From: Amphiscolops sp. MND2022 | Taxonomy: Eukaryota | DNA: 64,000 nucleotides | Reading direction: 5' to 3' | Assembly: GCA_964187785.1 (NCBI GenBank) | Contig: OZ076409.1 | Span: 92,320,001-92,384,000, forward strand | Shown here: piece after piece, positions 1-12,134 of the stretch | How the letters are laid out: the number at the start of each line of letters is the position of its first letter | Numbering within the stretch: position 1 is the first letter of the stretch | Notes under the pieces: generated by a model | What the model saw: only the letters and a program-made list of their open reading frames with translations | Databases searched by the model: none | What the model was told of the DNA's origin: nothing | Made by a program: the position numbers and the translations under genes

Positions 1-1
1 T

Positions 2-1858
2 TTCATCTACCACTACTTCAAAGACCTAACATTAAATGACCAAACAATTCCTCAGATCAAAGTAATATCTTTATTTCTCAGAAAATATTTCAGATTTAAT
101 TATCAATTATTATGGGCTCAACAAGATCAACCTGCTTTTACAGAGTTCCCAGATCAATTTACATCAGAAGAATGTTTACCATTCATCATCAGTGAACAAA
201 ATGAACACCCTTATTTTCATAAACCACAATTAATTACAAAACAAACCTTAGATTACATACGTTTCGATCCTCTATTAATTACAGAAAATGATCTATTCCC
301 AGATAATAGACCTTACCACTATCAACAAAATTCTCAAGATCAACAAATTTTACATTTTAACACTAACAATTCTACTGAAGATGATAACACCGATCAAGAA
401 AATACAACCCAACAACAAAATCAACCTGAAAACTATAACGATAATGAGTTTACTACCCAAGAATCTACAATCTCAACATAAAATCCATCACAAACAGGGA
501 CATCAACATCAGTACATACTCACTCCCTTAGAGTTCCAACTAGAGTTATAAGTCAAGGACAAAATGTACATAGTCCTCAATCTCATTTAGATACATCTCC
601 AAACCGTAATATAACTTTTAACCTTCCACATACAGATGACATAAACGATGAAACCCGTGATACATTACAATATACATCTAGTACTCAGAATACTTCTGCT
701 AATGTTGCATCTCCAACAAGAACTACCTCTGATTCTACAAGATACATAACTCGACCTAGATATGATCCTCCATCAATTCCCTCCTCCTTTCGCTCAAACC
801 GATCAACCATTTCTAGTAGCAATTTTAATGATAATCCTCAAACTTCTAACCGATATTACGATCCATTTAATTATAACTTTTATCCTCCATCAAACACAAC
901 TACCAATACAAATATAAGCCAAAACCACTCTCAAATCAATCCAATTTCAACAACACAAAATCCCTTCATACAATTATCAAATACCAATACGTCCCAAATA
1001 TATTCTCAAAATCGAGGAACCTCGTGTACTTCTATTTCTTATTCTAATATTACACAGAAGTCTCAAAGAAGACTTCATAATCCTCCACTCACACATATAC
1101 CAACTGATCCTCTGTATCAAACGCATTCAAATCCAAATCCTAACCCTAATCCTAACCCATTACCATCAAATACAATCCAACATATACCTCCACCACTCAC
1201 ACAACAATTAGCTCCGCCACCCCAATATATCCCAATACCGCAAGATACCTTTTTAAACATGTCCGCTTCAATACCAGAACCTATGAAACCTTTTGATGGT
1301 TTGGACCATTCTTACACCCCCGAAGAATATCTACAACAAGTCGAAGCGAGATTAACCTTCGCCATAGGTGAAGAGCCTCAAAATAATCCTATAAAATACA
1401 AATCTTGGCATAATAGACGCATGGCTTACATACAATGTTCATTAATAGGAACAGCTCTCGATTGGTACACTAACCTCCATATATCATATAAACAACAATG
1501 GAATTCCATTGTACAATTATTCAAAAAACAATTCTCATCTCAAAAACTGCTTACTACGCTCAAGTAGAAGCTATGTCACTCATGAAAAAGGATAATGAAA
1601 CAGTTCGCCACTTTGCCCTTAGAGTACAACAATTAGTTAAAAAGGGATGGTGTAATGAAAATGCAGCTACCATAAATCTCAAAAATACCGAAATCTTTAC
1701 AAAAGGGTTACCAAAGAAATTAAAAGATTTTGCCCATAAACGACAAGTTAAACATGTATCAACATTACTTGAACCTTCAATACCATTTCATACACTTGTT
1801 AGACATGTCGATTCAGAAGATATTGCTAATGAAAAATCAGAACTAACGACTTAGCCCT
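2..1858 (+). pseudogene. gag: Gag: long low-complexity N-terminal region plus capsid-like domain
   Basis: Frame of ORF 1259 is open from base 2 except TAA at 479-481; capsid-like PFDG...ALDWY...FKKQF; continues in ORF 1498-1854 after a frameshift near 1545. Confidence 0.8.
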
Positions 1859-1925
1859 AGAAATAAACAAAGTATCGCTTGAAGAAGATACTAACAAAAA
1901 AGAATTTGAATACGAAGATCAGATA

Positions 1926-4118
1926 ATGGTTACTCAAACTGGAGACCCAAATAACAAAAGCAAACCAGCGTATAAAAAATATTGTTCCTATTGTCATAAA
2001 AATAATCATAGTATTTCAAATTGTTATCAAAAACAACGTGATGACGAATACCAGAAATACAATAATCAAAGATCACGAACTCCTCAACAATCCTTTGTAC
2101 AATATTTCCGTAGTAAACCTAATAATCCTCAGGAAAATCGAAATGAAAATACAAACTCTTGTTCCTCAGATAATGATCGTAATAAATACAATCAAAACTA
2201 CTATAATGATAGATACAGAAACAATGATAGATATCGTAGCAATAGTAGAGAATATTCGCAAAACAACTATAGATCAAACTCTCAACAAAGATATCATAAT
2301 CGATCCCGAAGTCCGTATAGATCTCGATTTGATAATTATTATCAAAGAAGAACTCCATCTAGATCTCCATATAGATCTCCATACAGAAATCACTCAAATT
2401 ACAGATATAATTCTCGCTCAAGATACAGATCTCGTTCTCAATCACAAGGAAACTCCTTTAAACGATATAATTACCCATATAGATCTCCATCAAGACCTAG
2501 AGATTTTAGATCAAGATCTAGAACACCCTCAAGAAACAGACAACAAAACAGAATAAATCAAGTAGACGTTAAAACACCAAAAGAAAATGATAGTACAAAA
2601 TTTGAAATCCACACCTGTCAAATGACTGAAATAGCTAATACAATCACCCCTTATAGTTGGTTTTATCCACTATATATTCACGCCTCTGAAACAAATGACA
2701 ACATATTACCTTCAAAATTAGAAATCTTATTCCTTTTAGATACTGGAGCTTCCATATCTGTTTTGAATTTACCAACATTTCATGTAATTTCCAAACAATT
2801 AAACATCAATGTTCCAACTAACCTCCAAAACAAAAGAGCCAAAACTCTTACAGTTGCAAACCAAGTACCAATAATACATTATATTTCGATGACTTGTTTC
2901 ACTGAAGTAAATCACAAAACACGATCCTTCAATATCGATTTTGCCGTAGCAAATATCAAATACAACTTTCTTGGAACACCCTTTCTCAAAAAGCACATCC
3001 AAAATATTGATTTTCAACAAAACATTATGACATACACAGAACAACATCCAAAGCTTTCAACAAAAACTACATTTTCTACATGTACAGAAAAAGATTATCC
3101 ATATATTTCTTACATTTATATCATTAAATGTAAGGAACCAATTCACTTTAAACCAAGGTCAGGAAAAACCATACATTTCCCAATTAAAAACTATTCAAAT
3201 CTACATTTTGAACTCGAGGATAATACGAAGTTCTACCCAACAAACCCATATACATATTTCTTACAAAAATTTAAAAATATCTTTCATTTCTTAGACATGA
3301 TAGTCAATGAAAAAAGCAAAGACTCATGTGCAACTATAATTCAAAACTTTACATCTTACCCAGCTACATTACCACAAGGAATTATTGGATATATAGAAAT
3401 ACCGATTACGCAAACAACTCCTCCTCACTACAGAGTTAACGATGTAAATTCACTCATTCACTCTGTAATACATGCATATCACCCTGATACGACAACCCCG
3501 ATTAAACAAAATCCATATACAGATATGAACTTATGTACTAGGGTAATACCACAATCCCTATTAGAAATAAACAAGATAGAAATTAACGACAAAACACTTC
3601 AACTTCCTATACCTTCTGTTACTGGAAACCTTCGACCCTCAGATAAAATTCGAAAAGATTTCCCTTCATTACCCTATTCTACAGAAAACCAACAATTCAA
3701 AAAGAAATTCAATTTCGAATACTCAGATTTAACCGATACAGAACATGTAAACCTTTGCAATATTCTAATTAACAACCAAAATTGTTACGCCAAACATAAA
3801 AACGACGTAGGAAAGATTTCCACTCCTTTTCGAATTAGAATAAAAGATAATTGTAAACTTCACACACAAAGACCTTCTAAAGTACCTATCCACTATAGAG
3901 ATAGACTAAATAAACTTTCACTAGAACTCGAAAAATACAACATCATAAAACAAATTGGTTCAACAACAGATGAAAAACATACTATTGGAACAACATTTTT
4001 AAACCCTTTAATTATTATCCCAAAAGGAGACGCAATAAAAGTTGTTTTAGACGCAAGACATCTAAACTCAACTCAAACACTAACCAAGAACTTGAATCTT
4101 GGCCTATTGAACCTTTAG
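1926..4118 (+). pseudogene. Gag-Pol segment: CCHC zinc knuckle, RS-rich domain, aspartic protease, RT N-terminus
   Basis: CSYCHKNNHSISNC knuckle; RSRSPYRSR repeats; LFLLDTGAS; NPLIIIPK...VVLDARHLN. Confidence 0.9.
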
Positions 4119-4168
4119 CTCCTCAATTAGCTAGAGCAAATAAAAAACACAAATCAACTACTGATCTA

Positions 4169-5233
4169 ATGTATGCATATGCTCATACACCATTAGATGA
4201 AGAAACAATTAAACTTACAGGATTTTCATCCGGTGACAAATTATACGCCTTTATCCGTGGATTTTACGGATTAAAAGGACTTCCAAACTTTTTCACAAAA
4301 CAAATGTCAACTTTCTTTAGATCACTTATAGACAAACGTTCTGCGTTAGTTTATATAGATGATATTCTATTACTCGCAAATGAAAAACAAGAAATGTATG
4401 AACTTATAAAAGAATTACATACAATAGCATCTCGAGAAAATCTCAAATTTGCACCTGAAAAATCGTTCTACATGTTACTCAAAGTAAAATTCCTTGGACA
4501 TGAAATTGGTAACAACACAATTAAGCCAATTCCATCCAAAATTGAAGCTATTAAAAGAATCCCATCACCAAAAGAAAAGAAAGATGTTATGCAATTTCTT
4601 GGCAGTGTTAACTTTTATTCAAAATTCTTTGAAAAACTTCATATAAACCTTAAACCATTGTATACATTACTACATGATGATGTTAAATTTCAATGGACAC
4701 CTGAATTAGAAAAACTATTTCAAAATGTTAAAAACGCAATGACAGCAGACACTGAATTAACAATACCCAACACCACGCATCCATTTTTTATAACAGTAGA
4801 TGCTTCGTTAGTAGGTTTAGGCGCAGTCTTATTCCAAATGAACGAAGACAATAAGATGAAAGTAATCTCGTATAACTCCAGAATTCTCAATACACAAGAA
4901 CAAAAACTTTCAACTTTAGACAGAGAACTTCTTGCAATAGTTTACGCATTACAAATATATGAATTTTTGATCATTGGATCTCCTCATCCTATATATCTCT
5001 TCACAGATCACAAGCCTTTATTACATTGTTTCGCAAAGAAAGGAAATCTTAGTCCTAGATTCTATAGAGCACAAATGCAATTAACCAAATTCTCCAAATT
5101 AAAAATCATTCATACCCCTGGAAAAAATTTAACTGTAGCAGATATGCTTTCAAGAACCTTTACAAAAGAACAGCTACAAGTACACCAATTACGACACAAA
5201 CAATTACCACCTCAAATAGATTTTCTATCATGA
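4169..5233 (+). pseudogene. pol: Reverse transcriptase core and RNase H
   Basis: GFYGL, VYIDDILL, FLGH, ITVDAS...ELLAIV...TDHKPL...ADMLSR; frameshifts at both ends. Confidence 0.95.
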
Positions 5234-5850
5234 AGGATAATCAACTCAAACCAGTACATTATTTAGTAAAACATGAAGAAATAAAATATAATAAAAAAAT
5301 GATTGTCATCCTATCCTTGCTGACTACGGAGACGACCAATTCTCCATCCGTATAAATAGCAAAGGAGAAGATATACATATAAAGCCTTTAGATTCCTTCT
5401 CTTTTCAATCTATTGTTCCATTCGAATCAAAATATAAAAGGCCTAAAAAAACAAGCAAAATCTCTTTTACAGCAATCGACAATTCTTAATGATACTGACA
5501 TTCTTCGTGATGAAGATGAAATAACACCACCAAATAATATCCAACAACAAAAATCGAACATAGTAAAAGAATACACCCTTGCTATACAATATCCTACCAA
5601 ATCTGACTATTGTACACAACAAGTTCCATTTTTTGATCCGTCCTTTTTCAAATACAAAAAGTATTTTAATTAATTCTTCCTACCAGAAGATACACAAATA
5701 ACCATTGAAACAATAAAAACTCAACAAAATCAAGATACTGTTTTACAAAAGGTTTACCAATGGATACTTAATAAAGAAAAACCCTTACAAATAGACCCAA
5801 CAATTGCAGCTAACTCTTTCTTATTAGTATATTACAAACTCTTCAACCAA

Positions 5851-7494
5851 TTGTATATTAATCATGATACAAAATTTATTCACATAATTTATCCTAATCT
5901 TCACGATTCCAACCCGAATCAAAAAGACAAAATATGTTTACCATTTGAACTTTTCCACACAGCTTTTAACAAACTCCATGCTCATGGACATTCAGGAATA
6001 AAAATATCCATCAAAGCTTTCAACCAATTTTACTTCATACCGTACCTAAATAAATGGATGTCAATATTCATCCATGATTGCATTGAATGTCAACAAAATA
6101 AACATATTAACCAAAAATTACAAACTGCATCTATACAAACCTTCTCAGAAAATGCTTCATATTTTAATTACAGAATATCAATGGATACAAAAGGACCTAT
6201 AAACCCACCATCAAATCAAAATTCATACATTCACGTTATAGTAGACGCTTTTAGTCACTTTGTAGTAACAGTACCCACAAAACAAAATAATGCTCAAAAC
6301 GCTGTTAACTCATTACTACATCATTGGATAACAAAATTTGGACCTCCTGTATACCTAGTTACCGACCGTGGAACAGAATATATTAATTCAGAATTTGCAA
6401 ATCTTTGTACTACAATGGGAATTAGACACTCACCAAGAACTCCTTATTCACCATGGACAAATGGTTTAGTTGAAAACCAAAACAGAAATCTTGGAACTCA
6501 TCTTAGACTTTTCTTACATAACACTCCAGAAAATTGGTCAACTCAAGTCCATATGTATGCTCATGCACATAATTCACAACCACTTTCTGAATTAAACATA
6601 TCTCCATATGAAATAGTATTTCATACTATACCCAGAATTCCAATCAACTTTGAACTCAATCTCCAAAGAGATACATATAGAAATTGTACTTCTCAATATT
6701 GTCAAGAGCTACCACTTCATACACACTATGACAAATCAAATCTAAACCCTTTTTTTCATAAAATTTTATCTAAACCAATTCCACAATGGATCTTAGCTAC
6801 TGAAACTGCTATGATACAGATATACCATACGGTATATGAAAACACAAAAAGAAAGATTAATTCCTATGCTTATTTTAACAAAACATATCACAATCCAAGA
6901 CCCTTAGATATTGGTACATTTGTACTAAAAAGAAATTTTCTCCATGTTCATTTTTCCGATAAATTAAAACCTCTCAGAATTGGCCCATTCAAAATTATTA
7001 ACAAACTCTCCGATATAACATATGAAATTGTTAATCAAGATGGTTATACATCGCACATACATAGAAATCATTTAATTCCTTATTATCCAAAAGAACCAGT
7101 TATTTTCCTTTTCATACAACAATATAACCCTCATTTATTTAATGACTGTCATTCAAATACAAATGATCAAATAATTAACTCTGATGAAGACAAATTTACA
7201 GACGAAGAACAATTTCGTTCCACAACATTTAATAAAGAAACGGATATACCATCCACGATTGACTTACAATCAGAACCATTTAACCAATATTCTTCATTTC
7301 CATATAAACAAAAAGAACAAATTCCTCAAAATACCTCCCTGGATAACCAATCAGGTATTCATGATTATGATAATTTTACTAATCCCCGAAGACACTCCTA
7401 TAATAGATACAATTTCCGCCCACAACCAAGAAAAGACTACCGACTCTTCCTCGGTGAAAAGGATATAATTTCACTTTCTCAAAAATCCTGCTGA
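5851..7494 (+). CDS. Integrase (end of pol)
   Basis: HAHGH...CIEC zinc finger; SMDTKG, TDRGTEY, LVENQN catalytic D,D,E; RIGPFKII GPY/F motif. Confidence 0.95.
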   Translation: MYINHDTKFIHIIYPNLHDSNPNQKDKICLPFELFHTAFNKLHAHGHSGIKISIKAFNQFYFIPYLNKWMSIFIHDCIECQQNKHINQKLQTASIQTFSENASYFNYRISMDTKGPINPPSNQNSYIHVIVDAFSHFVVTVPTKQNNAQNAVNSLLHHWITKFGPPVYLVTDRGTEYINSEFANLCTTMGIRHSPRTPYSPWTNGLVENQNRNLGTHLRLFLHNTPENWSTQVHMYAHAHNSQPLSELNISPYEIVFHTIPRIPINFELNLQRDTYRNCTSQYCQELPLHTHYDKSNLNPFFHKILSKPIPQWILATETAMIQIYHTVYENTKRKINSYAYFNKTYHNPRPLDIGTFVLKRNFLHVHFSDKLKPLRIGPFKIINKLSDITYEIVNQDGYTSHIHRNHLIPYYPKEPVIFLFIQQYNPHLFNDCHSNTNDQIINSDEDKFTDEEQFRSTTFNKETDIPSTIDLQSEPFNQYSSFPYKQKEQIPQNTSLDNQSGIHDYDNFTNPRRHSYNRYNFRPQPRKDYRLFLGEKDIISLSQKSC

Positions 7495-7663
7495 AATACG
7501 GAATACAGAAAGAAATACACACAAAGAATGTTTGAAAGAAAGAAAAAGTTTGAAGCCTAAAACGAAAATAAATGAAATTTATTTCACGTATGAGAATAAA
7601 AGAAAGAAATCCTAATTGATATAAAACTATAACTATTTTACAAGCTCAAACTAACTATCATAA

Positions 7664-9190
7664 CACAACGATTTCAAAATTGATAGACATATTCACTCAC
7701 AATCATCAACTACAAATAACTCTTCTTCTAGTTCAACACATTCACTCCAAAGATTACCTGAATATACAGCATATTTAAACTCAGATACAGACATACTGGA
7801 TTCCTCATCCTCAAATCCCAGTCCATCCGCTCCATATACTCCTGATAGAGTACCAACAACACCCACTAATACACCTATATCCCAAACTCAACCACAAATA
7901 TTAACAACTCAATCACAACCTATTTCACGAAATCTAACATTTTTAGAAACAAATTCACCACTTTCTGACTCTAATGATGAAACACCTACAATACCAAATA
8001 CACAAGATACTTCAGATATTTTGAATAGACCTCCTCTTCCACCGATTACTACCACTCGTTCTATTCATATTCCTGATCCTAGCTCAGTACTACAATACAT
8101 AAATTCTTGTCCACACAAAGTACCAACTGCAACGAAAACAAAAAGAAAAACTCCTTTACCTACATTACCACAAAATCTTGATTTACCATCATCAAGTAAT
8201 ATCCCAATAACATTTTTACCAGAACCTTCATTAAAATCACCAAAGAAAAAATCACAACAATACCCAACTCCTTCACCATCGGAACTAAGTTCCTTCACAT
8301 TTTCTCAAATATATCCCAAGCTTGAATTACAACGTGTACATTCAACAACTACCTCTTCATTAACAGACTTATATCATAAAGATAAAGACTCTGACTCAAC
8401 TGCTAGTACTAGAGTACCAAGACATAATTATAACCTTCGATCTCAACAACAAAGAAATTCTCAAGAATTACAACCCTTGACTAGCTCAAGTACAAACTCA
8501 AGACTACTTCGACAACACGCCCAACCCAGATTGGACACTTCTTCTCTTTCCTCATCTCAGCCCACTATACCATCTTCTCTATCACTACCATTTCAAATCA
8601 CATCAGGATTTGAAACAGCCTCTCTTCTTTCTGAAGAGCCAGCAACTATATCAGATAGCGCAGCTAATTTTTCACGAGTTTACTCACCTAGCTCAATAGC
8701 CTCAAACTCCTCTATACAATTACCTGAATGTTTTTTAGAAGACTTCTCAAGACCTCCATAGCCAAATCCTCACGAATATCCTATTCGTGTTAACTCAAAA
8801 ATTGTTCGCACGCTTAACGAAGATCCTCGATACACGGTATTACCTGCAAGATTTATAAACAATAGTTCACTCTCAACTCAAAGAAAACAAAGAGAACTAC
8901 GAAGATTACAAGAACAACAACTCACATTAAAATTTGAAGTAGAAGTCACATTCAACTCGTTAGGACCTCATCCATTCTCTCTTTCAACAAGACTAGCACA
9001 TAAAACAACCCCATCAACATTCATTGTTACCTCCATTTCCTACCTTTGTGACGCCGATTTACCTGAGATTAGAACAGGACATATAAACTTTTTTAATCCC
9101 TACTCAGGACTCAATTATATTGATCAATATTTTAACCATGAACCAAATCACCTTTACCTTTCATTTAATATATATAATACAAGTTGTTAA
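7664..9190 (+). pseudogene. Accessory ORF X: Ser/Thr/Pro-rich disordered N-part plus ~140-aa C-terminal domain
   Basis: Frame of ORF 8021-8761 is open from 7664 to TAA 9188-9190 apart from one TAG at 8759-8761; no ATG at its start. Confidence 0.65.
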
Positions 9191-11714
9191 ATACACGTAT
9201 ATAATAAATATAGTTCACTCTTTAGTTCACTCTTCAACTGTTCCCAAAGTTGACACCATCAATTCCGAAAATCATATTTCAGACCAAGATCCTAACATTT
9301 TAAACTTAATGGTATCTCATTATGATTGTTCAAAACAAAACAACCTAAGACAATTCAGTTTATTAAACGTAGAACCATGTAAACAAGCACCCTCAGATAT
9401 ACAACACACAAAAACCCAAGCAACAATTTACGTTAGAGCAAAAGCCAAAAGAATAAAAGCCTTTGAATGTGAAGCATATATAAAGACTGAGAAAGTCTGG
9501 TGTTCACAAACATTCACATCTAGTAGACGATATGATCGTTTACAATGGGGACAAATCACATTAGAACTTCCAAAAATATTGGACCCTATTGAATGTAAAA
9601 ATATGATCAGATATTTAAACGCGACTGATAGCGAAGAATTAAACAACTACAATATACAAAGCTCTTTCTCGTTGTTCGATGATAGTAATTATCAAAACAC
9701 AATTGAACGAATTCAGACACCATTTAGAGTAAAAAAATTAAATACATGGCATATTGGAACCTTCGTATTTGACGAAAATCATCCTGATTGGATAGTTAAT
9801 GTTACACAAAATACATACTCTAGATGTCGATCAGACCGCGAACATTTGATCACCCGACAAAGTTGGAAACTTAGAATTGTTAACACCGCAATAGATTATG
9901 ACGATAAAAACAATCAATTAATACATGACGGACACATATTACCATGTTATCATTCAGACGGATTTTGTAAACCAACGACCAAAACTCCATATACATTAAC
10001 ATGGTTTGATGAAAAGTTTTGCCTCATGTTTCAACTTCAAGAACTCATTGGTAGAATGACACGAATCAAAGATAGATATTGGATAGAAACCGATACCTTT
10101 ATTGAAACTTCAAACATCACACAAAAACTTCAAACCGAAGGAATACAAGGAACAAAATACCCTAATATAAAAACACCACAATCAAAAGTAAGCAATCCAA
10201 GCCTTTCTCGATTTGAAATATACCCAATTGCACAAACTTTCTGTGGAAAACCTGAACCAATATTTTCAACACAATATGATGACATCTTTGTTACACACTT
10301 AGATGGTTTTGATATGAACACAGGATTACCAAAACCACACTCAATAATTGACCAAACAATTAGTGGAAATATAAAATATGATGATTCAAACAAAAGGTAT
10401 ATATTACCTGCATTGAATATATCAAACAATTTCGCCACTTTAGAATATGATGCCCACATTAATACAAAAATTGATTTCACAATAAATCATGTATTTAAAT
10501 CCCTGACAGTACAAGAATTAAACACTCTACATACATTATGTGAACTAGAAAGAACTCAACTGTTAACAATACTAGCAATGTCAGTTAAAAATCCCCAATT
10601 AGCCGGTTTTCTTTTAACTGGAAATTGTAGTAACTTTCTCTACGTTGAAGGATCTACAGCATGGCTGTATGATTGCCCTCATTTTATATCACCACTATAC
10701 AAGGCAGATAAATGCTTTTATAGAATTCCTATACACTACAGAGAAACGATAATGTATGTTGACCCAATAACAAGACAAACTTTTAACTACGCAACACCAA
10801 TTGAATGTGGAAATAACCCACAAAATATAATAGAATTAGATCCAGATTCCAACGACGGAGATTTTTATGTGTTAACACCAGAACCACTCAAACGAGAAGC
10901 ACCACAAATGTTTAAACCTACCCAAATTAAAACAACAATCACTCCCAATACATTTACCGCCCAAGATGCCGGTATATACTCAAATGCAGAATTAGATCAA
11001 TTCTGGAATAGAGTATTATTTGCTAAACATTCAGACACAACTCTTCAATTACTTGGAAAATCATAAGGCTATGATTTCATTTCAATGCATAACGAAAAAC
11101 ACTCATACTCAGAACATAATCCCTATAATCATTTAAGGATTGGAGTACATGACCACTTGTTAAATCTTCTACCACTTTTTAACCCTGACTGGTTCAGTCA
11201 AGCATTCATTAATTTCTTTGGATACCCATGTTATGTTTTAACCCAATGTGGAATTTATTTTTCAACATTCCTTTTCATTAGAGAAGTTTTAACATTTTTA
11301 CTCAAATTCTACAGAACAATTAGCATAAAATATAATCTCCAAAGCAATATTTCCATTTTGAGTTCAATAGCCCATGGATTTTTTAATATAGTTACATCGG
11401 AAATGGTAACCGATTTAAAAAATACAGGAAAACGAAAACGGATATATACTAAACACAAAATTACAACAAGTGAAAATGATAATATCCTATTGCCGGAAAA
11501 AGAATTAAACAATAAACGAAGACACTCTGATACTGACTCCCCTTATTTACCTCCCAAATATTCCAGTAAGAATTCAACATTTCAATCACTGCAAAAGACA
11601 CACCCAACTAATGTAAATAATATTAATTCTCAGGACTATGACTCAATAATGTCAAATGTAATAGCTGTACCGGAAACTCCTGCTAAAGTCTTTATAAAAT
11701 TCAATCCCTCCTAG
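9138..11714 (+). pseudogene. env: Envelope glycoprotein, chuvirus-G-like (class III fusogen-like)
   Basis: accATG at 9138 and hydrophobic leader; Cys-rich ectodomain with NxS/T sites; ORFs 9120-11066 and 11085-11714 share a frame and are split by one TAA; TM segment GYPCYVLTQCGIYFSTFLFIREVLTFLL; cytoplasmic tail. Confidence 0.8.
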
Positions 11715-12134
11715 CTGAAAAGCAATAACGTAAAAAACAAATTAACCTCAAGAAAAGTTCACAAAATTATCAACCAAATTCTTCTCAGTTTCAACTTTCA
11801 TTCACATCCAAATTCTCACTCGGACCGGCCTCTCCTTTTCAACTCAACTCAACTCAACTCTCAACCAGAAGACATCAACTGGATTTTCAGTCCATCTAAA
11901 CGACCGAAATCACAGAAGTTTCTATTCCTGGAATAGATGCCACTGTGATTGTTGATGTGTCAACCCATCATTGACCCAGTATTCCCATATTGTAAGTACA
12001 ATATAAACTTTAATTTTAACAAACAATTTAATGGATAGAAAAGACATAACAAAATTTTTCCTTAGTATTAGAAAAAATGTAATCAAATGTTATAATTATT
12101 ATTTTAGCTCTACAAAAACACGCAAGTTTAAATA

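Noticed and set aside
1127..1160. Telomeric TAACCC repeats
   Set aside because: Only a few imperfect units, which encode an Asn-Pro run in the gag frame
1540..5310. Programmed ribosomal frameshifts in gag-pol of the giant element
   Set aside because: The shifts fall inside conserved domains and mostly at homopolymer runs; better explained by decay or assembly error
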